DNA of 64,000 nucleotides from the human T2T-CHM13v2.0 reference genome, Homo sapiens, in the NCBI RefSeq assembly GCF_009914755.1, contig NC_060937.1, one strand, 5' to 3'. A program made the translations under genes and the position numbers. The notes beneath the pieces were generated by a model. It saw only the letters and a list, made by a program, of their open reading frames with translations, made no database searches and was not told the origin of the DNA. This document shows, one piece after another, positions 52,780 through 64,000 of the stretch (within the stretch, counting starts at the first letter, position 1; each line of letters starts with the position of its first letter).

Positions 52780-53524
52780 GTGTCATAATATATCTTGATG
52801 TTAGTAAGACATGTTTATTAAGTCTAAAATACAGTATTTTCAATGATTTTTCATATAAAATTAAGTATGTGTTTTTGCAAATGGGAATGACTGTGTTGTG
52901 TGCCTTCTTTTGGATATGTTTCTGAAAAGCTACAAGTGGATTCCAAAAGAGTGAAAATAAGCAAGTCAAAATACAATGTATTGTCTGAAGACAATGAATT
53001 ATATAAAGATAATACAACTAACTTCGAAAAGGGACTTGCGTTCTAGAAAAGAAATATTGTTCACTGTTTTAAAAACTAATATAAGGATGCTAATTAAACT
53101 TCCCATGATGTGAATTTATAAAACCTGCCAAAGTTATAGAGAAAATAAGTATAATTTGAAAGGACTTTGACTAATTGGAATTTTCTTTTTTTTCCTAGTT
53201 CTATATCTGGATAAAGTGTGAAGGAGCTTAAATCTGTTGAAACCCAAAATTTGCCTCCGTTTAATGGCTTAGGTGAGTCTGTCATTATATAGATGGAGCA
53301 TATGTTACTCTCTTCAGTGTTTTCTTCACTGCCAATCCTGTTTCAAATTGTATGAGTGATCGAAATTGAGCCCGCTGACATTCTAATCAAGAGAAAAGAA
53401 GTATATATGGTGCCCAATTACCTGAATCAAATTGATTTACTCATTTATTCTTCCTTATGTTTCAAAAATAAAGATGTCATTAATCCAGATTTTAAATATC
53501 AGAATGTATTATATGACATTTCAG

Positions 53525-54440
53525 TAGTAAACCAACAAATATCTGAGACAGGTCTCTACCAAGTTAGAGGTTTATTTTGCCAAGGTTAAGGACCATGGCC
53601 TGTGACACAGCCTCGGGAGGTCCTGAGAACATGTGCCCAAGATGATACAGCCTCGGGAGGTTCTAAGAACATGTGCCCAAGATGGCTGGGATACAGTTTG
53701 ATTTTATACATTTTATGGAGACAGAAATTACAGGCAAAACATAATACATGTAAAGCATATATTCATTTGGCCCAGAAAGGTGGAACATCTTGAAGCGGTG
53801 GCTTCCAGGTCATAGATGGATTCAGATTTCTGATTGGCAGTTGGTTGAAGGAGTTAAGCTCTGTCTGAAGAGTTGAAGTCAGCTTGAGTTAAGGTAAGAC
53901 TGGAAGAGAGTTGTGGAAGCCAAGGTTCTTATCATGTGAAGGAAGCCTCCAGGTAGCAGGCTTCAGATAGAATAGAGGGTGAATGTCTCTTATCTGACCT
54001 TAGAAGATGTCAGACTCTTATTGAAATCTTTTATGGATCAGGAAAAGACCTGCAAAGGGAAGGGGATTCTCTACAGAGTATAAAATTTCCCCACAAAAGA
54101 TGGCTTTGCAGGGCCATTTCAAAATATGTCAGTGAAATACACTTTGTTGTAAAATACTTTGATTTCCTTTAGGGCCTGTTATCCATCAAGAGTTCGGTTG
54201 GACTTGGCATCTTATTAATACAACGAATCTCTTCTGTCAGTCTTAGGATCTCTCTTTTAATGTTAATATTGTTCAGTTTTGTTGAAACTCCAAAAGAGAA
54301 AGGATATGAGGCATGTTCAACACCACCTGTCTCATTGTGGCCTGAATTAATTTTTCAGGTTTCTTAAGAATCTCCTAGGCTGAGAGATGGGTCCACTCAA
54401 TAAGATGGAAGGGGGTATAATTTTAATTTAGATTCATAAA
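53525..54440 (-). mobile_element. MER4-family ERV1 solo LTR
   Basis: tatctgagacaggtctc...tttattttgccaaggttaagga...gacacagcctc...gaacatgtgcccaag. Confidence 0.8.
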
Positions 54441-56799
54441 TAAAAAGAAAAATTATTTTTCTACATTCCTTTTTCTCTAATAATATTTTTATTTTGTTTT
54501 ACCATTTGAAATTCTATGGTCAAAAATTTCATAAACTAAAATTTCTCCTGAGATTCATTTTAGAAGAATTTTCTAGGCAAGTGTTTTTAGTCTCTATCAA
54601 GAATTTGTAGCTGTTTTTATTATTTAAGAAAACAAGCAAATGAAAATATGTGATCTTTAAGGGCCAATATAATATTTTATTCTATCAATAGGCTTATGCA
54701 GAACTGATTTTGGTAAAGATTACAGCAGGGTATAGTTTTAGAATTTCTGTCTCAAATGCAAGTTGGAATAACATTCTATAATTTGCTTTTAACACACACA
54801 CTTAATGAATGTAAATATGAATCTCAACTAATAAAAGAATGAAAAGAACATATTTTTCTTAGATGCTTTTCTTCAGAAACATGAAAAACCCTCACACTAG
54901 TTTTTGGTCTGAATTAGAGATAGTCTATTTAATGTTGATGCCACTGTGTGAACATTTTAGAATAATTTAATATTAATTGTTTTGCAGTTTCTTCTGTCTA
55001 ATGGTAACTGGAATTTCCCTTTCTAATTGTGTATTGAAGAACGAGAACGACTCATGTTTAAGTGTTAGATGTAAGTCATTTCATAATTACTCGTGCACTT
55101 CAAGAACAACAAAAATAAAATCAAAATCATAGATTATATGGAAAGCTCAATTCAAAATTTGTAAAATGTAGCATTTTGTTGCATTTTATAGGAAAACATA
55201 GGATTGTAATAACATTAAATTATGTATATATTTTTACTCTTCATTAAATGAAATTTAGAGACATCGTCAATCATTAAGTTGCATTTAGTGAGGTGTTAAC
55301 AGAAATTAATTCATTGTAAACATAATAATAAAATGAATGGAGCAGAATTACCAAAGAAACTGTTTCCTGGAATCCTTATTTTACACACATAATACGAAAA
55401 TAGCTATAAAAATGTTGATTTTATAATATTGTGTCATAACTACAGACTAGCAGTCAGAAGACATTTACTTAAATATTTACTGAATATCACTATTATCATG
55501 ATCCATAACAGATTAGCAGTAGGCAATCTGGAATAACAACAGCATGCCATCGGGGAAAAGGCTGGAAATCTTTCAGCTACTGCTGGGGCTAGGGACATTA
55601 TCTGACTAAAATTTGGCATGCAAGGAATGATTAGCCATTCCAATTAAAACAACCACTGTGGGTATTAGTGAGGGTTGAAGGATACATCAAATAAACAAAC
55701 AAAAACTTTTTTTTCCTTGTGGAGACTATTGCTTATGTCAGTTAAAAAAAGAAATTAAAGAGGAAACAATGAAGGCAGAGAGGAAGTGAGGAAGGAAGAA
55801 ATAGTTTTCCTAATACAGAATTCCTGAACTAGACAGACTTTCTTACCTTCTCACAGACAACCTTCTATGGCTTCTGTAGGAACATCTCAGGTCTTCCCTT
55901 AAACACGAGTGATGTTAAGAACAGAGAAAAAGGGACACTTTCTGCAGTAGCTAAGCTCCCAAGTAAAAGAAGAATTGAAAGAGCAGAACCATTCTTGCCA
56001 GCCTTCCTATCCTAAACTCATATTCAATGAAGTTACTCCTCCTATTCATGAGTGAGGAAGTGACAGAGAAGGGCTAAGACTACCATGATAATGGATGGGC
56101 CTACTGAAGGAAGATAATATCAAGAGTGGAGACTGTTTTCCCCAATAACTTCTCTATTCTAAGAGGAAGTATGGTCAAGTTTGTTTGAAGACAGTGATGA
56201 GCTTGGGTTTGAACAAGGGTAACAACAATTGCCTAGGAATATATTACAGGGTGTAACAAGAAAGACTTCATGAACTTTCCAGGCTTCCATGTCTATAATT
56301 GAAGATGTTAGACCAGAAAGAGATTATAGTTTTCTATGTGTAAGGTAGGAGACTGCAGGCTACTGAAAAATGATGTAGACCCAGCTCCCAATGTCTGGGT
56401 ATATATACTCTAGGAGAAGTGGTAAGACATTAAACAGACATTCCTTCTCTCTAGATTGACTTTGGCCCAATTTGATGTAAATACTCTAGTGTCTGTTGAA
56501 AGGCCTAATAAGCACATCTTTCTAAAGTAATTACTGACTCCTCTAGGAAGTATTTAGTGATTCCTCTTTGAGCTCACACATTGATGGAGTATATTTCTAC
56601 TACAGGAGTTATCAAATTATAACACTACATTGCACACTATTCACCTGGGTGCAAAGCCATGCTTCACTACCACAAAACTTGTCATATTCATTTTATTTAA
56701 AAAACTATGTGCATTTCACATTAAAAGAAAGAAAAATAGAGTTGGCATTTTACTAAGTTGCTCAAAGAAGGTTCGTGGCAAAGCAGGCATTGGCACTAT

Positions 56800-57320
56800 A
56801 TTTTTTTAAAAAACAGCTTTATCAAGGTGTGATTGATACTCAAAAATCTGCACATATTTAGTGTATACAATTTGATGAGTTTGGACATGTGCTTGCACTG
56901 GTGAAACCATCGCTACAATCAAGGTAATAAATATATCTATCATTTCCAAACACTTGCTTGGGCTTGTTTTTTGCTTTTGTTTGTTGTTGCTGTAAAAGCA
57001 CAACATGAGAGCTACACTTTTAAATTTTTCAGTGCACAATACAGTATTATTAACTTACAGACACCATGTTGAACAGCAGATCTCCAGAAATTATTTATCT
57101 TGTAGAACTGAAACTTTCTATACATTGCACAATTCTTCATTTCTTCTTCCACCCTTCCCCCGGCAACTGACATTCTATTATCTGCTTCTGAGTTAGACTA
57201 TTTTAGGTATCTAAAAGAAATCATACAGTATTTGTCTTTCTGTGACTGGCTTATTTCATGCAACATAATATCCCCCAGGTTCATCTATTTTTGCTGTAAA
57301 TGGGGCTATATATTCCTTTG
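56800..57320 (-). mobile_element. L1MA-type 3' end
   Basis: gtgtatacaatttgatgagtttggaca...cagcagatctccagaa...gtgactggcttatttca. Confidence 0.85.
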
Positions 57321-57764
57321 GAGAGAAAAATGAATGTATAGAGAAGAAGGAAGTAAAGGCACAAGAAACAGCTTGAACAAAAAGATAGGAAGGTTAGTTG
57401 CAAGTCAATAATCTGTAGAAAATTACAAGATATTCAAGATAATTACTACATAAGTTCGAATGTAAAACAAAAAAGAAAACCAGCAATAGACAGCTTTGAA
57501 TGTCAAGCTAAGAAATAGGGTAACATATACTTTAGTTAATTGGAAGTCACTGAATAGGAGGGAGCGATGATTAAAGTTGTATTTCAACAAGAATTTAACT
57601 TTATATATGTTTTAGAAGTCATGCGTAATAACTCCAGTGAAGAGTAATAACGACCTGAATTAGTGGATTTGTTAGAACCCTAGGCGTGGTGATCACTGGA
57701 ATGGTAAACATAGAATCATTTTGAGATATATTATTGAGGTAAAATCAGTAAATATAACATTAAT

Positions 57765-58510
57765 TGATCATTTCACTCATCAGTTTAAAACCCTTCAATG
57801 GTTTTCACCTACTACACTTAGCATACATTTTATAGTCTTTATCTTGACCTACAAAATCCTTAATAACTTAAACCTTGCTTACCTGTTTCCGTCCTGTCAT
57901 CTTATGTCACTTACTTCTGCCCTTTATGCACTGCTCCATTCATAATAATTTCCTTATAACTTCTCTAAAGCTCTTAGTTTCTTTTCCCTAAGTGCTTTCA
58001 CTGAGACAATGAATTCACATGGGATGCTCCTGTTTCTTTCCACCTGGCCAATTTCTACCTATCCTTGAAGTTCGAACTTGAAGTCTCAGAAAGGACTCTC
58101 TGAGCTTCCCATCTAAGTACCCTATACTTTGACCTTTTAGCACTATTTATGTTTTCTTTATATCGTCTATCCCAGCTGTACACTCTGTACCTGTGTGTGT
58201 GTGTATATATACACATATATGTATACATATATATACACATATATACATACAAGTATACATATATACACATATGTACATATATGTGTATGTATGTGTATAT
58301 GTGTATACATGTATACACATATATATACACACACGTGTATATGTGTGTGTTTAATTGTTGTATTGAAGTTATTTGGGTCTCCCTTTGCTCCTATAGCACC
58401 ATTGATTTAGGGCTTTTTTTCACTTAATTCATCATGCATGATGCCCCTATGCCTAGTGTAGCACCTGGCATGTAGGAGATGATCAATAAATGTCTTATGA
58501 TAAACAAGTG
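57765..58510 (+). mobile_element. L2 fragment interrupted by a microsatellite
   Basis: aaaacccttcaatgg...gcacctggcatgtagg...tcaataaatg. Confidence 0.65.
58193..58350. repeat. Compound alternating purine-pyrimidine (TG/TA/CA)n tract, partly self-complementary
   Basis: Direct reading; source of the YIYT-type spurious ORFs. Confidence 0.92.
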
Positions 58511-58853
58511 AGATTAAGGAAGCCTCTCACGTCTTTTAATTTAGCAGTAGTTATTATCTCTGTTTCAAATATTCTGGGTTTCATCTCCAGAAGTGATTAT
58601 TTATCACTGAGTAGTCAAAAAGATTAAGAAGTTGGTTTATTTATGTATTTTCATATTATTTACTCATTTATTTTTCCCAGCAGCATAGTAGTCCGTTTTA
58701 TATGGAGTCAAAGGCAGAGATTACTAGATTACTAAGCACATGCAAACAAAGAAAAGGGAAAACCAACCAATAACCACATTTATAAAATAATATGAAGGAG
58801 CCTAATCAGAAGTCAAAAGAAGGAGAAATAGAGAGTTAGAGAATGAATAAGAA

Positions 58854-58858
<5 letters not shown>

Positions 58859-58889
<31 letters not shown>
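58859..58889. repeat. (TG)n microsatellite
   Basis: Direct reading. Confidence 0.95.
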
Positions 58890-58892
<3 letters not shown>

Positions 58893-59126
58893 CTGTTATA
58901 AGGCATACGAATGCATAACAGAGATGTAGACCGGGAGAGAAAGAAAAAAAGTACATTTTATGACAATATTTAAGTGAGTTCAGCACATCTCTGAGAGCAG
59001 AGACATTACTGGAAATTAGTAGCTAAAGAGTGAATGGAGTAGGCAAGCATATAATGTAATACAATTTTTTGGCATCCTTTTTGTCAAAAGGGAGATAAAA
59101 CTTGACATCATATTGAAAACGATCCT

Positions 59127-59440
<314 letters not shown>

Positions 59441-59494
59441 TCAAAATTTTGGAATTAGCATAATGTGTTGTCAATATGTATGAACTACTCTTCT

Positions 59495-59820
<326 letters not shown>

Positions 59821-60367
59821 TGTACTTATTACTCTTCTAATTGTCCCCCTACATTCCTTCAATTTCATTCTCAAATGGTCTCTAGAGCCTCATCTATTTC
59901 TGTCATGTGACATCCTAGGCATTACATTTTAACCATATTGAACAAGTGAGACTTAGTTGAGGGCGAGCACACACAGTTTTATTTCTCCACATATTTTAAA
60001 AATAATGCTCTAAATTTTTGAGAGGCATGTGGGGTTGGGGAATTGAATAAAGTTTTGTTCCCAGTCCATGTCAATCACAAGTAGAATCTCTTTTCAGTAA
60101 TTAAATAAACCTTCTTTGTTTGCTGTTAAAGCTTCGTTTTAAAATTCAGGTTAACATTTCTAGCCAATTCCAACTCCATCTTACCTCAGGTCATAAAGCC
60201 TGCAGAGGGGCTGCTACTTCTTTCTTTCTTTCCTTCTCTGTCTACCTAATTCTGCATCTGCTATTTTTGGTTCATCAGGGTTGGAGGAGGTGGGATAAGT
60301 GATTGTGGAATAATAAAGTGCTGAATGGTTCTTATATGACTGAAGACATATCTTTTGGTGTTGGTAC

Positions 60368-60992
60368 TGAGGCGGGAAATTAAAGAAAGATAAAATTTAA
60401 AAGAAAGTGAAATAACTTGTCCTGTATTAGGCTGACTTGTCCCAAAGTCAGCAATAGGCACAGCCCAGACCCAGGAAATGTCTTGATAATATCATCTAAT
60501 GTGCTCTAGAGACTCTCCCAGCACTCCCTCAACAAAGAGAGAAGAAAAACAAATTTTACTTTGTTTTATGAAATGAGTTTATAGATTCCTGTTCTCTGTA
60601 ACTAGTGACTTCAAGTATTCTGTTTTATCTAAGAAGTACAACAAAGGTCATGAGACACCTGAGTAGGCCTGAACTACAGCTGCCTGGGCACCATAGCGAA
60701 GGTTATAGGATAAGCCGGTGCCCAGGCAAACCTAGATAATGGACATCTGGATTGCTTGGCAGTGGTCATGTGAAATCCTGTCTTTGTCTTGCCTCTGTAT
60801 CCCTGCTTTCACCCCACTGTAAGCTTGCTTCAAGCTAGCCAACCCCCTTTTGTGAAGTGTGTATAAAAGTCAAGTACTGTCTTTGTTCCGGGCGCAGTCT
60901 TTTGGACATCAGTCAGCTGGGCCTGAGTGCATTCAATAAAGATTCTCCTGTTTCAACCCGAGGTCTCTCTCGTCCTCCTGAATCCTGCAACA
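60368..60992 (+). mobile_element. Intact ERV1-class solo LTR; family not assigned
   Basis: TG...CA ends, 4-bp TSD GTAC (60364-60367 and 60993-60996), TATAAAA at 60862-60868, AATAAA at 60935-60940. Confidence 0.9.
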
Positions 60993-62078
60993 GTACCTTC
61001 TCATGGTAATCGTGCAATTGATGGGTCTTGCTCTCTAATATCTGATCCAATCATAGTTTCCTTGATACAAACATGTTCCTTGTGGTGGAAGTTTCTGCTA
61101 TCTTCTCAGCCCTCAAGCTTCAAGAAATCTGCTCCTCTTTTAAACCTGTAGCCATTTTTTAAGGCGAGATCTTTTTTAGGATAACCATAGATAGATTGCC
61201 CAATTCTCAATTTGGTCCATAAGAAACATACCCAATATATAGGACATAGAAACACACCATCCTTGTGCTGCTGGTTTACATTCCATTGCCATATTAAGAG
61301 TTCTCCTGGCCAGAATCAACTAGTATTCCAGTGTCTCTCGAACTTCAGGGAACACATAAAAGCCTGTTAAATGGTTATCATAAAGCTTCTCTCTATTTGC
61401 TTTAAGAAAAGGGAGAAACACCTTTCTCCATTCCCAAAAAGAAGATCAAGGCCAGAATTCTGAAATTATCTCTCCTAACAGAATGTTTCAATCTTCGATT
61501 TTCATGCAAACCAAAGATAGCAGAACCTATTTCATAGTCATAATATGCTTCTCATAGGTGGGTCACCTCTTCAGTTTAGGATCTGAGGATACTTTACAAT
61601 ATTCCATTTTTTTTTTTGCCAAAACTGAGACAAAAAAAAAATGAAAAGAAAAAAAGGATTCCATCTTAACTTTCTGTCATATATTGTACCACCAGAAAAA
61701 AAAGTATGTTTTATTTCTTGCTACTCCTCATTTTTCTGCTTCTTTCTCTTATATAAATGCTTACCCATGCTATTTTAAAGATTCTATTTGTGTTTTCCTA
61801 TATGCCTTTTTGTTTTATGCTTGTTTATTCCTGTCAATGCAATGTATAGGTTATCAAATGAGACTGCCATATTTTAACTAACAATAAAAAAACTGGCTTT
61901 CCTAACTTTATGAACAGAAAGAAATTTTTTGATATTTGCTCATAAACAGCCTGGACTATGCAATAATACAAAAAAAATGATTTTTTTCAGCATCTATAAC
62001 TGGCACTTCTTTCTTACTCTTTTGATTTTCTTTCAAGAGCAGACTTGAGTGAGCACAGGTGGGTATGGGTGGGTATGA

Positions 62079-62106
62079 GTGTGTGTGTGTGTGTGTGTGT
62101 GTGTGT
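62079..62106. repeat. (TG)n microsatellite
   Basis: Direct reading. Confidence 0.95.
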
Positions 62107-63974
62107 TTATATTGGTTAAATTCACTTTCCAAGTATATTATTCTGTTCTGTGTTTCAAATTCTAGCAGATTTGAGAAGTGATTTGGAAATTAGATGTATA
62201 ACTTTTCTGGAAATCTACCACTAAAATGTTTCATACACTATAATCATTTTACTTTTATTCCATATTGTATATGGTTAAACATTTCTGAAGATTAAAACTA
62301 TAAGAAATAATATTATATTTTATGATAATTTCTACATATAAAGAAAATAAGCTCCTAATGTATTTATATATTTTCTGAGAAGATAAATTCCTAAGTATAT
62401 AAAGTAAAATTGAGGTGTATTAATCATTCACAACACGTTACTCTTTTTTTTGAAAACTTGAGCCAGTGAAATAAATATTATTAGTATTCTGAAGAAGTGA
62501 CAAATTCAAGCTTTGTTATAATGTTTTCTATGAGAAGCATGAGTTTTCATAAACTATCCTGATAAGTGAAGCATCATTGAAAAAGGACATACCACACTAT
62601 CAAATTAGCTTCAAATTTTTATTTCCAAGGTCTTCAACTTTTTTTAATTTGATTTACCAATAAGCTCTCTCTGCTTTTACTTTCAGCTACCTCCTTAAGC
62701 CCAAAGAAACTTCCATCAGTAGTCATGGAAGACAGGAAATCAGCTGGCCAACAGCATGATATTGTGATGCCCTTTGTGTATTACATTTTTCTAGTTACCC
62801 GTAAATGAAAAAGTCTCAAAACACATTTTAAAATTAGGAAATAACATACCGTAGATATAAATATAATAATAGAGACAAAAGAATTGTCACTTTAATAAAC
62901 CAATGAAAATGCTAATGCAATCTGATGAATTGTTCTACCTTTCTAAAAGTTTTCATACCGATTTTTTGATTAAAGGCTCGTAACAACATTATTTTAAAAT
63001 TTAGAAACTGGATCAGATATATATTTTACTATATCATGAATGAGGATAAAAAACAAAGGAAAGCCTTTACATGAACTATATCTATTATTAAAATAGAATG
63101 TTGTGTCTCAAGAAACAGTTTTGACAAACTGATAGGAGGAGCTCTTTCTGTTTAAAAATAAAGAGCATAATTTTTTTTCATATTCATTAAACCATAAAAG
63201 GAGAAAATCCTGAAAAAGTAAATACAAATCTAGAATGTGACTCTTTCAGCAAGGATACATTGTTTACAAGAATTAAACCACAAATTGCAACTAGATTATC
63301 CTAAGGAAAGAAGACAGCCAATTAACTGGACTCACATGACTAAGATATCCAGAGATTTGCTTGTTTCCTGCACTTCTTTTACCAGCAGTTAAAAAAAAAA
63401 ACAAAAACACTCTTAGATCTCTCACTCTTTATTTTCTGACTTTCAGCATTTCTGAGTGTGGAGCTCATTCTCTCTTATTGAACGCAGCTTAACACATAGT
63501 TGGGGAATACTGGTACACGGAGAACCTTATATTGTGCTCAGAAGTCAAGATTCTAAACAGATTTAAAAAAGAAAAATTCCACCTGACAGCAGACAGTTCC
63601 CTGACTCCAACTGGCCTAACTTAATCTTTGATCTTCTGCATGGAATAGGGGAAGCATGGATCCTGAAAGAAAGCCTACAGGAAAGACAAAAAATACATAT
63701 TTTCACTAAATTAATAAAATGGAGTATGGGTGCAAACTATCCATGATTTAAAATTTCCAATTAGTACATGCAGGAAATAAGCTTGCAAAAAATCATTTGA
63801 GCCATGAGAATCCCATTCAGTAAGCAAAATGTGCATTAATCACAGATGCATTCATTCAGTAAGAGAGTTAATCTGTATAATACCAGATTCTCTAAAGAGG
63901 AGATTGTGTGTAAAGCCGCTAGGAAAAGCCTTGAGATAGGCTTATTCCACACTTCTTTAAGATAGAAGAGCAGA

Positions 63975-64000
63975 GGCTGGCGTGGTGGCTCACACCTGTA
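63975..64000 (+). mobile_element. Start of an Alu, cut by the window edge
   Basis: ggctggcgtggtggctcacacctgta. Confidence 0.85.

Noticed and set aside
53603-53682. Direct repeats as a CRISPR-like array
   Set aside because: Only two adjacent copies, no spacers, inside a mammalian LTR.
58055-58427. Tyr/Ile/His-rich ORFs on both strands
   Set aside because: Translations of a dinucleotide microsatellite.

Overview
Human-type, AT-rich genomic DNA that I recognise as the KLHL1 / ATXN8OS / ATXN8 (spinocerebellar ataxia type 8, SCA8) locus. On the minus strand, the coding part of KLHL1 exon 1 runs 13570->13074 inside a CpG island, and bases 1-13073 are KLHL1 intron 1. On the plus strand, the antisense transcript ATXN8OS overlaps that exon, splices through exons at 21017-21174 (taken from an LTR), 35653-35753 and 36547-36717, and ends in a terminal exon at 45104-~45400. 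That exon holds the SCA8 repeat, here a short normal-range allele, (CTA)9(CTG)9. Read on the minus strand the repeat is ATG-(CAG)9-(TAG)9-TAA, the ATXN8 polyGln ORF. The rest is Alu, L1, L2, MIR, MaLR/ERV1 LTRs, one Tigger4-type DNA element and microsatellites. The main system (bidirectional transcription, a repeat readable in six frames, RAN translation) is striking but already described. I found no convincing new system, only several smaller testable observations. Gene and repeat-family names come from recognition, not a database search, and most repeat boundaries are approximate.
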